DNA of 50,828 nucleotides, the filler included, from Sphacelaria rigidula (taxonomy: Eukaryota): assembly GCA_964200075.2 (NCBI GenBank). It is 3 parts of 3 records of this genome, joined end to end, with 100 filler letters (N's around TTAATTAATTAA, not from the genome) between each part and the next. Parts side by side here need not be neighbours in the genome. Positions count along the whole stretch, not along the records: positions 1 to 16,879 come from CAXNAA020001228.1; 2 more parts are not named here. One strand, 5' to 3'. Numbering within the stretch: the stretch's first letter is position 1; each line of letters starts with the position of its first letter. This document shows positions 1 to 12,790 of this stretch, one piece after another. A program made the position numbers and the translations under genes. The notes beneath the pieces are model-generated. The model had not been told where the DNA came from and searched no databases. It saw nothing but the letters and a program-made list of their open reading frames with translations.

Positions 1-3000
1 GACTCGCCGACCGCACCACAGCGCTGCGCGCTTGGGGATTGAGTGCGAGCCTGGTCCTGCGAAAACCCGGCGTGCTCCGTGCCGGCTTTGTAGAGATGCG
101 AGGCCAATGGTCCTATGACTATAGCATGCATGATCATGAGTAAACCCCCCCCCCCCTCCCCCCTATCGTAGGGTGGCTCGTACGCTGGTGGGGGTAGGTT
201 ATACGCTTTCTATTGGTACCGAACAAGTGTTCAGATTCATTGTTGTCCGGCTGCAAGTGACTCGGACGTCGGATAAGACCCCCCTTCCCCGTTTCCGCTG
301 AGATTGTCCAAGTAGGGGATGCGATGACGTCATCCTCGAGAAAGCTCATGGGGGAAGAAGGGGGTCATATTGGAGTGATATGTGGTGGATACATTGTAAC
401 AATGCTCCCCGCGTGGTTGGGGGCATCGCCATTCCTGTGCAAGTGCATGAGTAACTAGCGAAAACGATGAGTAACCCGCCCCCCACGACGTCGCTGAGGA
501 GAGGGTCGAACGAGGTCATCCCCGGGTGGGCAAAAGGAGAGACAGGGAGAAATACTTAATTGTTTACATTTTCTGTCAATATGCTTGTGTGTTTAGGTGC
601 ACCGCCACTCGTGTGTAGTAACAGGCCAGAACGGTAGATAACATCCGGATGATACACTTTGACTTTTGGGACAATGCGTTCATTCACTATCCGGATACGG
701 AAATATTCACTATTTTCCATTTTTTCCATGCTTCAAGTATCCCGAAACACTTCGTTGTCATCCCAAACGTGTTGCCATTCGCACGGTTAGGCCAAAACGG
801 TGATACCGTCCCTTATTTCGCGGTAGGATGTGCTCCCCGGGGACGGGAATATTCTCGTCCCCTATGATACCATACACCCCCCGCCCAAATCTGACTTCAC
901 CAATGTTGTTTGTGTACTATTATGCGCCATCAGCCAAGTTTTGGGCTCTTCGTGAATTCCCTAATGTGCTGAACTCGAAACCCTCAGAAACGTGGCTTGT
1001 ACTGACGTAGAGTTGCTCCCCCGAAGTGTAGTGGATAACAGTCGACGCGGTGCGGCAGTGGTGATTCAGTCCGCGATGCCAAAGAAATATGGCGTACACC
1101 AGGGGACAGATGGGTTGGTCCGTAGAGACCCCTGAAAGGAAGGAGGGGAGTAAAAAGTGTGACGACAACAAAAAAGGTGATGATGATTGCTGCGACGTGG
1201 CAAGAGTCAACGAAACGTAAACACAGTAGATACAGGAAACACTTGCGTGCGGTAGATACACGACAAGGTCACCCACTAATCTTCAATGTCATAACTCCGA
1301 AGACTTGCTGGTCTCCATCCTGTCCCCGTCGTCTGGTCGCTCCTCCGTCGCCGGGCATGAAAAAGCCTTGGCACGTGGCGAATAATGAGCCATGAGCAAG
1401 TACAAACGATTGATGGATGAATGGATGAATTGGTTGAATATCGCACTTTAACTGATCTCCGAGGGGCCCAGCCAAGGTCATTATCCACAAACTAGACATT
1501 CCCAAGACAAACAAAATGGAAACACTCGCGACAAAAAAAAAAGTGGCAAATTGAGAAGAGAGAGCAAGAAAGTGGAGTAAAGTGAAGAACAAAAACAAAA
1601 CAAAACAACACACAAAACAACACACGCGAAACAAAGCAGGAGATGGAAGGGACAAGGACGGAGAAAAACCTAGCGAAACAAAAAATTGTGTCGATATAAA
1701 ACTAGAAAAGACCGGCCCCTGCAGCATGGCTTTAGGCAGAAAATGTCGTATTTAATGAAGGAAAAAAAAGAGCACATGCGCCCACGCAAGGAACAAGTCA
1801 ATACGAAAGGGTCGTCGGAGCAGATTGCGGATCAGCTCATTCAGGCCAAACTCTTCGGGCATGAGCTGTAGAAATGATTGACGTTGATGCTAAGGTTGTT
1901 GATGTTATTTGTATGCTCATCGAAATCGACGCTCACAATTCATTGATACGGCGGCAGCTGCATCAATATCTAGGACATCCCTTGTCTAAATATCTAGAAT
2001 ATTATGGCTGAAATAGTTTTCGTCACCGGCGGGTATAATACGAGGCTGAACTTCGTTTTGGATCACGATGTGCATGCTTCGTGCGCGTTCTACAATGCTG
2101 ATCGTTCAAAGTGTCAAGATACTCGCGTATCAATCAATTTCTAGAACTTTGTTTCCAAAAACCACTCCGGCCTTACCCGCGTCAAGTCCGTCGTCTCACG
2201 GGACCAACCCATTCCTCTCCTCTTCCTTTCCCAGGACCCGCCCCGCACTGCGCTATCGAGCATTGAGTCAGCACCCACACAGGGCGTCCCGTTTCATCGA
2301 GTTCTAACGCCGGCTCTTGCCTTGAAGTTTCGTAGTGCGGAAATAAGAGCAACACGAGACCCTATTGTCGAGATTCGAAGCTGTCGAATTCGCTCACACC
2401 AGTCTTGATACACGTGCTGTCCCACCGGGACGCGGCGGCTTACAGCATGCGGGTGTTTTCGAGTGTTTGTGTGGGAAGTGCATGACCTGATTGGCTATTC
2501 CTAGCTTTTGCGTTATAGGGTAGAAGGAGAACATGGACGTTTTGTCAACTCCTCGGGTGTGCGTTGACTTGGGTGCGATGATGGGGTGTTGCTCTGCGGA
2601 TGCAAAGGCTGTGGCCTACGTTGATCGTACTTTGGTCGCAAATGGATACACCGGTATGGTGGAGTCTAAGTTACGAGCATGTCGAGTGCGTTTTTGTCTG
2701 GGGTCACACTCGCAGACGGTCTTCTCGGCAGGTATGAGGTTCGTGATAAAGGACAGCAGTATGTTTTTCAGCCTTTACTTCTACACTTGTTCGTGCATCA
2801 TCCTACGATCGGGGGGGGGGGGGGTATTTTGGGCCATTTCTTACGCAAAATTTCGCTTCAAACCGTCGTTGAAAGAAGCAATTTTTCTTCGGACGCGCTC
2901 GTCACCAGGAAGAGACACTCATTCATACGGCTTGACGTCCTTGTCACCCGATACAAGCACACTGGTCGTCTGACACACCTATCAGTCTCTATTCTCGTGG

Positions 3001-3654
3001 AATCAAACACCCAGCCCCCGTATCGGAGGACGACACAATGTATATATATATATATATATATCACAAAATGTGGGTGAAACATAGAATGATTATGTACGCA
3101 AAATCAGACACTTGCAGGACGCTAGTCAGGAGATGTAATATCGTTCAAAAAATAATCTTTGGTCACGACCACCCATGTAAAGTGTATTACAAATGACCTA
3201 GGAACACATGAGTAAACCCTTGGCGTACATTTGGTTAGACAGTACTTGCAGGTAACCTGAAAACTCTGTTACTGTAGGTTCAGACGGTAAACCGAATGGT
3301 CCTCTCGTTTCTTGCTCAGATATAAACATCAAGTATACATATCGTGATCTTTGCCGAAGGTGACAGCAAAAGCCATGTCCTTGAGTGATTGCCATTTGTT
3401 TAGACTCATCGTTTGAGCTGTGAGACCTTGACCTTCAAGTCTATTAATTCGATCTCAGTATGTATGCCATTGCGTGCTTCGGCCAACACGTACTGGTTTG
3501 ACACACCTCAAGGCACTGCTCTGCTGATTGCTGTCGATCAGATTCGATACCTACATTCGAACCGGGCAATGCGCGAAATTAAGCTCTCAACCGAACGCTC
3601 ACGATGAGCGGTCTCATCGAACACCCCCCCTTCTGCCTCTTTGCCTACTGAAAG

Positions 3655-6600
3655 GTGCCGGCGGCCGCCGATGTGCACGAGGGTCCTCACGTGGTTGATA
3701 TCGAGGATCCTAATGTAATGTCCGAGGTGGTGCCGGCAGCAACGGAGGAGGAAACACCCGTGGAGAACTCTGACGATTCGGCGCGTGCAGTCACGACTAT
3801 CCAGGCTGCCAATGGTGTCGGACATTCCGAGGAGGGGGTCGATGACTCGGCGGCTACTCTGGTGGTGTCTCCGGACTCGGAGGTCTGGGATTCTCCGACG
3901 GGCAGTGGCGCTGATGGACACGTTGACCACGATGATGGCGTGCAGCCGACGCAGCGATGTAACAAGGAGGCGGGTTCGGAGTGGATCATCCGTTGTGAAC
4001 GCACCAGGCGCTACCTCCGTCGGTCGGTTCGCGTCCTCCCGGATGGCACGGTGGGACTCAACACGGCCTCTTACCTGCTGGTTCCGCTATTTCTCGCGGC
4101 CTTGGGATATGACTTGGACGCCTTCGAGAACTACCGAGGAATCGCGTGGCCTCCAGGGTGGAGAGTCACGGTGGCTCTCATTCGCATCGACCTCCTGGAA
4201 AATGGAGTCCCGTCGAACCCGCCTCCTGTTGACCACAACGGTTACATCCCGAGTGACGTCCAAGATAGCTTGGTAAACCTGTTGAGGCCGGTACGTCGAT
4301 GTCCACACAAGATAGCTTTCACCGTTCCCAGAACATATCCTCAAACATTCTACTTGACTGACGAGCAATTTTGTTTTAGACAACCTACTGAACAGTTGTG
4401 TGTCCGGCACGTTTTGCGGGGCACGATCCAGCAGCAATTTTGACGGTTCACCCAAGGCGTGTGTGCCGTACCAGTACCTGTGGGTGGACTGTCCTCCCTC
4501 GTTTCTGATGATGGTGATTTCTACTCTACCCGTGGTCGATCTCACTTCACCTGTCAAGTCATCCGTTCGAACCGAGGTACAGTTTATGTGTCTCGAAAAT
4601 GTTTTGACCGACGACTTGCTGCCCGCCAACAGAAGGTATGAAGGGCGCAATGTTCCGCGCCGATTGTTTCGAAGTGTGAAAATATGCCCGTACTCGTTGA
4701 TGCGCCCCGCGTTGCAGGAGTTGGTCAACGTTATTTTTGGATTCGGAACTGCTCTAGCAAACTCGGTTACCGCCGGTTGTTCGAGTACCATGTCTCTCCA
4801 AGAGATCGGGGCTATGTTCGATATGGCCTGGTACCAGGTCCCAGAGGAGACTGCTCTCCAATGGGCACAGGACACTGGTAATGACGAACTGCGAAGGGGC
4901 GATGGCGGCATGGAGGAGGAGGGTACTGGGGCGACGGACACGGTAAGCGAAGACCTGCAGAGCTCGAGAAGACGCGGGCGTGTTGTGGTTGGGTTACGGT
5001 AGGACTACAAGGTTGTGTCGTGAGCTTGTTCCCAAACCTTTTTTTAATTACCATAACATAAACCCCAACAGGCTCCGTCGTTAAGCGGGATCGAAAGCCA
5101 GCCGGCTCGGTTTGAGGAGTTTACAGGGATCCACAGCGGTAACATTGCTCGGTGCGGCGGGGGCGAAGGTGACGGCGTGGACGCGCAGGGCACTGGGACA
5201 GATGACGAGGTGAGTAGAGATTTGCTCCCATAGCCCTGCAGATCGCTGCTCACCTCGTGATCTGCCCCAGTGTCCTCCTGCACGTCCACGCCGTCTGAAG
5301 AACACTCAGAGTGACAAGTTAGTCGACCTGCAAGTATTTTCGATCCAGTTTTTGCTCCGTTCTGGTCCAGCTATCATCATTGATGGCGAAGTATACTACC
5401 CTGATTCACAAACGGATAAAACTGCGACCGTCGAAGGCAAAACCAACTCCGACCCCTCCATCTTACCTCTCGTGATAAACTACTAGAATACACGTGCCGT
5501 GTTCACTGCAGCACAGTACAACCTGCGACGCATTTCGGGGGGAAGGACAGCATCGAGGTTCACACCCACCAAGCGCAGGTTGAACGCAAAAGGGGCTTTG
5601 AGTTGGGTGATGGCTATTAGAGTTACAGAGATGGTGAACCACCCCCAGATCTGCACGTCCTACGCCGATGTTTCCGTGCACCGTCCGAGTATAGTGTAGA
5701 AATTGCGCGCAAGGTGTATCTGAATGATGTCATTTATTTCGTACTCTACGGTTGACGGAGATACGTCTCTTTTTCCCTCCCTCCGCACCGCGGGCGGATC
5801 CGCGATATATTATGTACTCCGTGCCCTTTATTACCCTACGCACGCGGCAGGGGGCAGTTCTGATCCCCATCCCCTTGAATGGGCCGCCACGAGGTGGCGT
5901 GGGCGCCCGAGCTGCTACCCCGGCTGAGGCTGCTTTGCGAGCTGAGCTGGGGCGCGAGCTGAGCATCGCGGACCGTCGGAGATTACAGCGTCGGCAACAC
6001 CGGGAAGCCAAGGCTTCTTCACGCCTGGCCCCACACGGACATCAAGAGGATGGGGCACGGATGGAGACTAGCGAGTCCTCGGAGGTACTGTGATTTCCGT
6101 CTTTGCTTTTTTATGGAGATTCTCCTCTCCTAGACTTGACTGTCATCGCTTACGGGTAGTAGGGCATCTCCACCCTTTTTTTTTGTTCACTCTCTATTCT
6201 CCCTGCCTATCAGCTGTCACCCCCGAATCGCTCTTTCGGAAAAAACGCCGCACTAGAATGGTATGGCACAGTACTGAAGGTACGTTATGTTCCCACCATT
6301 TGTGCGACCCGCTTAGCGTGTACGGGTGCGTTCTCGGTTTGCGGTGGGGGAGGTGGGATTTGAGCTCACAGTTTGGTGGCACTGAGGTGGACAGTTCTAC
6401 CAACGATGCCGTTGCGGAAATGGCGTTTTTCAGCCATCTGCAGATGCTTGTGGCGGTGGAGAAGTGTGCAGGCATTCTCCACATTGATGTCATGTTCTTC
6501 GAGTCATCGGTTTTGATGTTGGCCGACTGTTGGTGAAGTCGAGTTTACAGCGATCTCTCGAATATTCTGTGCTTTGTTACGGTTCCATATATTGGTGGGC

Positions 6601-6945
6601 CTGTCGTATTTTATTTGCTTTGCGATGTGCTTGCTGTATAGTCTGATCATCCAAAAGGAACACATGTCCCTGGCACTCAAATTACCTGTTGGTATGCATC
6701 CGGCTTTCGTTTCACGGGTTGGATGAAGTCAGCAATAATTGGATACTTGCGAAGTTGCCATGTATGCGGCACAGTTGATGTGTTTGTTGGTGACTCTTTG
6801 CGCTGATTTCCGATACCTTTTTCCTAGAGCAAACGTATTGAGGGCACATACGGTTCGCCAGCAAATTTTGCTGACCAAAGTGAACGCTCGAAGATTCCGC
6901 GAGCAGCAAGTGCAGAAGGCGCAGCTAATCAAGGAAAGTTGTCAG
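3655..6945 (+). pseudogene. Decayed multi-exon gene of unknown function, possibly transposon-borne
   Basis: Exon-like segments with splice signals: 3655-4290 (pyrimidine tract + AG, GTACGT), 4396-4942 (one extra T at ~4441 shifts the frame; GTAAGC), 5072-5209 (CAG, GTGAGT), 5881-6084 (acceptor reads AT), further blocks to 6945 (GTACC). No recognised domain. Confidence 0.55.
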
Positions 6946-7549
6946 GTACCCTGTTGTTTAGTCGGCATGCCGTGAACCTACGACGCTTCGTTGCATTTGG
7001 TTTTTTCGTTTTGTATTCCTTTGTGGGTACTTCCAAGAGCTTGCTAGTGCAGGTTACACGACCTTCGGCGCGCAACAAAACGAAATAACGACCGCAATAG
7101 TCACGATCGAAAGCGCCGAACTAGGGACCGTTTCAGATATGCGACAACTCCCACAGGTATTACAGGCTGGTTCACGCTTATCCAACCAAAAACACTCATC
7201 GGAAAAAGTTCACGCTGTTTCAGGAGTTATACCCTGAATTTTTGCACAAAGGTGCTATGAGTCATAACGCAAATTTCGAAGGCCGAGGTTCTGTTCTTCC
7301 TCTATTTTTTATTTCATCATTTTTCCGGGGTCCTCGGGTTGTTCGGAGAAACTTGAGTTCCGTCAGACCCCCGAAAAGCGGTACAGAGAATCAATAACGG
7401 AAAACGTCGTTCATTCACTTTTGCGTATAAACCCGTAGCACATTTTTGCGATGAATTTTTTCGTTCCACGGTGAAATCACAAACTACTTGTTTTTAGTAT
7501 AGAAATTGCCTTTTTGGGCCTTTTTAGACATGAGCCTCAAAATTCAAGC

Positions 7550-8580
7550 ATCCCTTAATCGAGGTTGGCCACGAAACTTTGTGGGGCCTTTCCTTGGGTT
7601 ATGTGGCGGCAGCTCGTTTGCGGAAAATTCGAAAAAAGTGAAGGTCGCATTGACGGTTTTCCGGGTCCCAGAATGGGGACTACTTTGAAAAAAACGGGTA
7701 GACACCGGCGCTTGACGTGCCAACGACCTCATTTTGTCAGTTGAACGAAATTGGCAATGGATTCTTTAACGAAGATTTATTGGGCTATATGAGGCACATC
7801 CATGCGCTCACACCCAAAGAAAAACTTGGTAGGATCGCTTTTCTGGGTCCCGCAGTGGAGACTACTTCGAAAAGACGGGTACACACCAGCGTTTGGCATG
7901 CCGACGACCCCCATTCGGTCGGTTGAACGAAATTGGCAATGGAATATCGAACGAAGCTTCTCTGGAGTTTGTAAGGCACCTTGTTGTACTCACGCTCCAA
8001 AAGTAAAGAGTCGTAGCGCCGGTTTTTGGGGGTCCCACAGTGGTGGCTACCTTGAAAAACGGGTACACACCGGCGTTTGGCATGCCGACGACCACATTAT
8101 TCCATCAGTCGAACAAAATTGGCAATAAAATCTTGCACGAAGCTTCACTGAGACATGTGAGGCGTATCAGTGCACGCGCGTACAACGAAAACGTCGTGGA
8201 GCCGATTTTGTGGGGTACCAAAATGGAGACTACCTCCATTGTACGGTCACACATTGGTGTTCGGCAATGAAATCTTTTTCATGGAGCTTTGCTGGGCTAT
8301 GTGAGGCATGTCGATACACTCATGTACAAAAATATTTCAGGCCGGTTTTGTGGGGTCCTACAATGGAGACTACCTTTATAAAGATGGGGGTGCGGTTCCG
8401 TGAGCAAAGACGGCTCCTGATCATCCGTGGAAGCTATTGCCCAACGAATTGTGTGGGGAATTTCATTGGGCAGTATCACGAACATTCGTCCTTACCCCCC
8501 CCCGTGAAAAGGCGAATCGTCAACTTTCTGGGGTCACACGGCAGAGGTTTCTACCTCCATATCGACCACCGTTTGGCACC
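7550..8580. repeat. Degenerate tandem array, ~183-bp unit, 5-6 copies
   Basis: Motif GGGTCCCnnAnTGGnGACTAC recurs at 7663, 7845, 8030, 8213, 8353 and 8531. Confidence 0.85.
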
Positions 8581-9243
8581 AACCGCCAGAAACGAGAAAC
8601 CTCTTGAATGTTGGGCATTTTGGACGAATTATTATTTATTCATAAATGTATCATCATCTCCGCACATTAGTCCAATCTCTCGAACCCATGGTCCCAGACG
8701 TAGGCTCGTCTTTCCAATCCCGTCCCTGCTATTGCTCACAAGACATATTGTTCTCATCGTCTATTTTCAGATACCGAACGGAAAACAAAAACAAAACAAA
8801 CAAAATTACACAAAATAAAAATAAAAATAAAAACAGAGACGCCAAAAAAGCAGATGACATGTAGCTTCCCCCGAGTGCATCGGGATGGGGGAAAACCAAC
8901 TCAGATCTGCTGATAAAGCGTACAGGAGAAAAGGGAGAGAAAAGAAAAGAAAAGAAAACAACAGAACAGAACAGACAGGAGAGAAGAGGGGAGTAGCATC
9001 GTCGCCAACGCACAGGGTCAACTCAACAGCCCCATACACCTTAATACCAAAGCTCTTCGGAATATTCCTTACATCGTGCAATGCAACGAGAGGTGCTTCG
9101 TGTCCAGAAGACATGCACACGGCGATATCCTGCGGGACCGTGTTCGATAACAGCTACAACAGCAACGGAACACCCCCCTTCACGCCCCTCACATCACAAT
9201 AGTACAAGTTCTAAGCTATAGCATTGGCAATCCCTGGCGCACG

Positions 9244-9811
9244 TCACCTCCACATACAGCGTGTACCCATTGAATTGTCCTGGAGGAACGTTACTCCCAT
9301 CTCCACGATAATTCGGTGCGCCTTGCACGAGGTCACCATCTTCTCAATGACCTTGAACCCCTCTACTTCACCGTGCTTTCGCTTCAACTCGTCTACTTCA
9401 GCACCGCCGAGTAGCGCATAGGTCCGGGGTAATATCCCTCGTACGCCGCGCAAACCTTCAAATCCGGCCTAGGGCGAGAATCGTTTCCGTATTTAACGCC
9501 TTGAGCATGCTCTATTTCAATTTTTCAGGCTTCTCGTTGTTGACCCTACGCCGAAACTCTGGCGTCACCTTACCCCAGGAGTACTCGATACCTACCCCTG
9601 CCAACTCTGGGCGGCATTCCGGTGGCATTATCAGTAAATGCTCGCGACTTTCGACTACGTGCTGTAGCTCAGTCCTCTCCTCTTTGAAATCTGTGGTGTC
9701 CCCCATAACGGTAATTATGTTCTTGCCGCTTCTAGGGGCCACCGAACCCGTCATGCCATCTTCCCACAACCCCCTCCCACAAAATCCACGCATGAGACGG
9801 GGAGAATACAT
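9244..9811 (-). pseudogene. IS630/Tc1/mariner-superfamily DDE transposase, C-terminal relic
   Basis: RGLWEDGMT..DFKEERTELQ..MPPECRPELAGVGIEYSWGK..FRR resembles the conserved PKxHxELxxIExxWG block carrying the catalytic Glu; in-frame stops and a frameshift follow. Confidence 0.75.
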
Positions 9812-10012
9812 GAATACCGGTCCCTACTGTGATTCCGTGACTTTGTGTTTGATTGTGGGCAATAAGTTCATGGAGGTAATCTGTCGACGAAGACACATGT
9901 GACGGTGTCTGACATTTTATCAGTGCGCTCTTCTTTTGGTCGCATCTAATTTTGTGTTGTAATCGCCCATTCCTCTCCGCGCGCCGCCCACTGCCCCAAT
10001 CTCGCGCTGCAC

Positions 10013-10227
10013 TTGCACGATTCGAATATTCAGGTCACTGCTCTCCTCTCTACTCCTCCATGTTCGACGGCGGGTGGTGTCGTTTTCTCTTCTTCCCATC
10101 AGGAGCAGTCTGAGAGCTCGAGCCCACCGAGAACCTCCCAAGCCACTCAAGAGGGTGTCAATTACGCTCCCCCCTATGCTGGGAAGGAGCAACAGCCTTG
10201 GGGAACCCGCGCAGAGCTTCCGCCTGT

Positions 10228-10263
<36 letters not shown>

Positions 10264-11170
10264 CAATAGACCGATGCTAGATGAAGGTACTCCGCGCGCC
10301 GCCCACACCCCCAACCTCGCGCTGCACTTGCATGGTTCGAACATTCAGGTCACTGCTCTCCCCTCTATTCCTCCATGTCCGACAGTGGGTGGTGTCGTTT
10401 TTCCTTCTTTCCATCACCAGCAGTTTGAGAACTCGAGCGCACCGCGAGTCTCCCAATCCGCTCAAGATGATGCCAATCACGTTCCCCCCTCTGATATGCC
10501 GGAACAACAACCTTGGGAACCCCGTCCAGAGTTTTCACCTACACAGCAGCTGCAGCAGCTGCAGCACACTCGGCCGACATCAGATCAGGGTGCTGGACCT
10601 TCGCTTGGTTCTCGACAGCTCTTTCACCGTAGCACACATGAAACTGCTAAACGACGGACGGCTCAGACCTATCATGCGGTGACTGGGGGGCGGCGGCGTC
10701 GGCAGCAGCAGGAACGACACTCGGGACCGGTGCCAGATCAGGGGGCGCACCCCTTGCCTGAGCCCCAACAGAAATTCCATATTGGAACACACCAATCTAC
10801 CGGGAGACAAGCGGCTCAACATTCTGGTGGGGTTGCTGGGGGGCGGCCCCAGCTACGGAAGAAGCTGCGGAAGCGGCTCCTGCAGCTGCAGAAACAGCTG
10901 CAGCAGCTGCAGCAGCTGCGGCAGCAGCAACAACAGCCACTTGGTGGGGACAGTGATAGCGATTCGTACTGCGCTAGCTATGAAAGTGGACCATCTCTTT
11001 GCGGAAGCGATGAAGATGCTGATGAGGGCAACACCCGGACATCATCTAGAGGGAGGCAGCTGCCACGGGCTTATCCCTCCGCAGCCGTTCAGGAAGATGA
11101 GGAGATGGATAGCGAAGACGACGACAACGGAGGTGACGACGAGAGTGACAGCGATGATGACGATGACGAT

Positions 11171-11202
<32 letters not shown>

Positions 11203-11557
11203 CGATGACGGTGATGATGATGAAGACGATAACGAGGAAGATGACGACGACGAGGAAGACGACGACGACGAGGAAGACGACGACGACGACGACGATGACG
11301 ACGATGGAGACGATAACGAGGAAGATGACGACGAGGACGAGGAAGACGACGAGGAAGCCGACGAGGACGAGGAAGACGACGAGGAAGACGACGAGGACAA
11401 TGCTAGTAGTCATGATGAGGGCGGGGGGGACAGTGTAGACAGTGCAGATAGCGAGGGAGAAGACGAGGTGAGATACGATAGAGTCATGACGACGATATGG
11501 GCGGCAGGAGCTTCCCTCATTAAATCGAAGCTATTTGCGCATGATTCCTCGATATAA
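10013..11557 (+). CDS. Low-complexity Gln-rich / Asp-Glu-rich hypothetical protein (probably one large exon)
   Basis: 514-codon open frame with an in-frame 315-bp internal duplication, CAG tracts and a long GAY/GAR tract; candidate GTGAGA donor at 11468. No ATG start. Confidence 0.45.
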
Positions 11558-12627
11558 TATAATTATGTGCTCATGTCACGGCATACAATAGTAGTCAAGA
11601 AAACAAACATGGAGTATTGACGTCCAACGGCGATTGGAAGCTCAACTTTGCCTGGAAATATCGCCTCTGCAGCTTTCATCCAGAATATACATTAGATAAC
11701 AGTTTCGTTGATGATAACTTGGATGAGAGCATTCAACCCGCACGACGAAAAGCTCAGCCCGGACTGGGAGGCCGGAGCTTCCTGAACCCATCCAAACCAT
11801 ATCTTCGGACGCCAGCACCTCGATGTCCGGCCAACTTATCTTCATCTTATGTGAAGAAAACCCTTGTTTTGTACCCAATTTTGCGTATACCTCCGCACTC
11901 TACACGAATTTTGAAAGTAATGTCGATGAACGGGATTGTCCTGCAAAATCAAGCGAACCAGTCTCGGACACAAAAACGACCGCTCCCTCCTCGCAACCCC
12001 TCCCCCCCACTGATCCGTGCTATCCGCCATGAAATAGAAAAAAGCTTATTTCGATCAACTCATTCACGTTTGCAAAGCGTGGAGAGCAGCTCTCATAAGA
12101 GTTTTCTCACCTCGCATACAAGCATGGACTAATGCAGAGATAGCCCCCCCACAAAACGTGCACCGGCACCACCAACGAACCGGCTGCGATCCCACTATTG
12201 TGCTCGTTTGCAGNNNNNNNNACATGAGAGGCGTGTAGCAGTCCGAAATCAGCTATAACACCCAAATCAGTCGCGTCGCGCAGCACGAAACCAGCTTTAA
12301 CGGCAGTTATTATCATCGCCTCCGTGCACGTTTTTGGCCGGTTTGGGGGGGGGGCTATGTCGGCAGCAGTCCATGTCGGTTTGACGGTCATTTCGACAAG
12401 ACCGTTCAGCATGTAGTACGAGCTGGGGAAGTCATCACGTTCCAACCACGTGCAACCGTTGATTGATTGGTCAATTGATTATCTCACATTAGCTTATTGC
12501 AACAATCCAACCCGTGGTCAGGAGCAGCAAAAACAAAAAACAGGATAAAAAAAAAAGAAAAAGAAGGGAAGAAACAGGAAAAAGACAGAAGCAACGGCCT
12601 CACAATGAAAAGAAGAAAGGAAGTGGC

Positions 12628-12790
12628 GACAACAACAACAACAACACCACCACCACCACCACTACCACCACCACCACTACCACCACTACCACCACCACCA
12701 GTAACAACAAATAACAACAACAAGATCAAGAACAAACAACAACAGCAATAACAACAATAACAACAACAGACAAACACACACCAACAACAC
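12628..12790. repeat. Compound (ACA)n/(ACC)n microsatellite
   Basis: Directly visible. Confidence 0.85.

Noticed and set aside
4087..4941. 284-aa minus-strand ORF
   Set aside because: Antisense shadow of the plus-strand exons, which carry the splice signals.
7550..8580. CRISPR-like repeat-spacer array
   Set aside because: The more variable halves of the units are homologous to each other, so there are no unique spacers; no cas-like ORF is present.
11042..11438. Poly-Ser, poly-Val and poly-Thr ORFs
   Set aside because: Alternative-frame shadows of the GAY/GAR tract.
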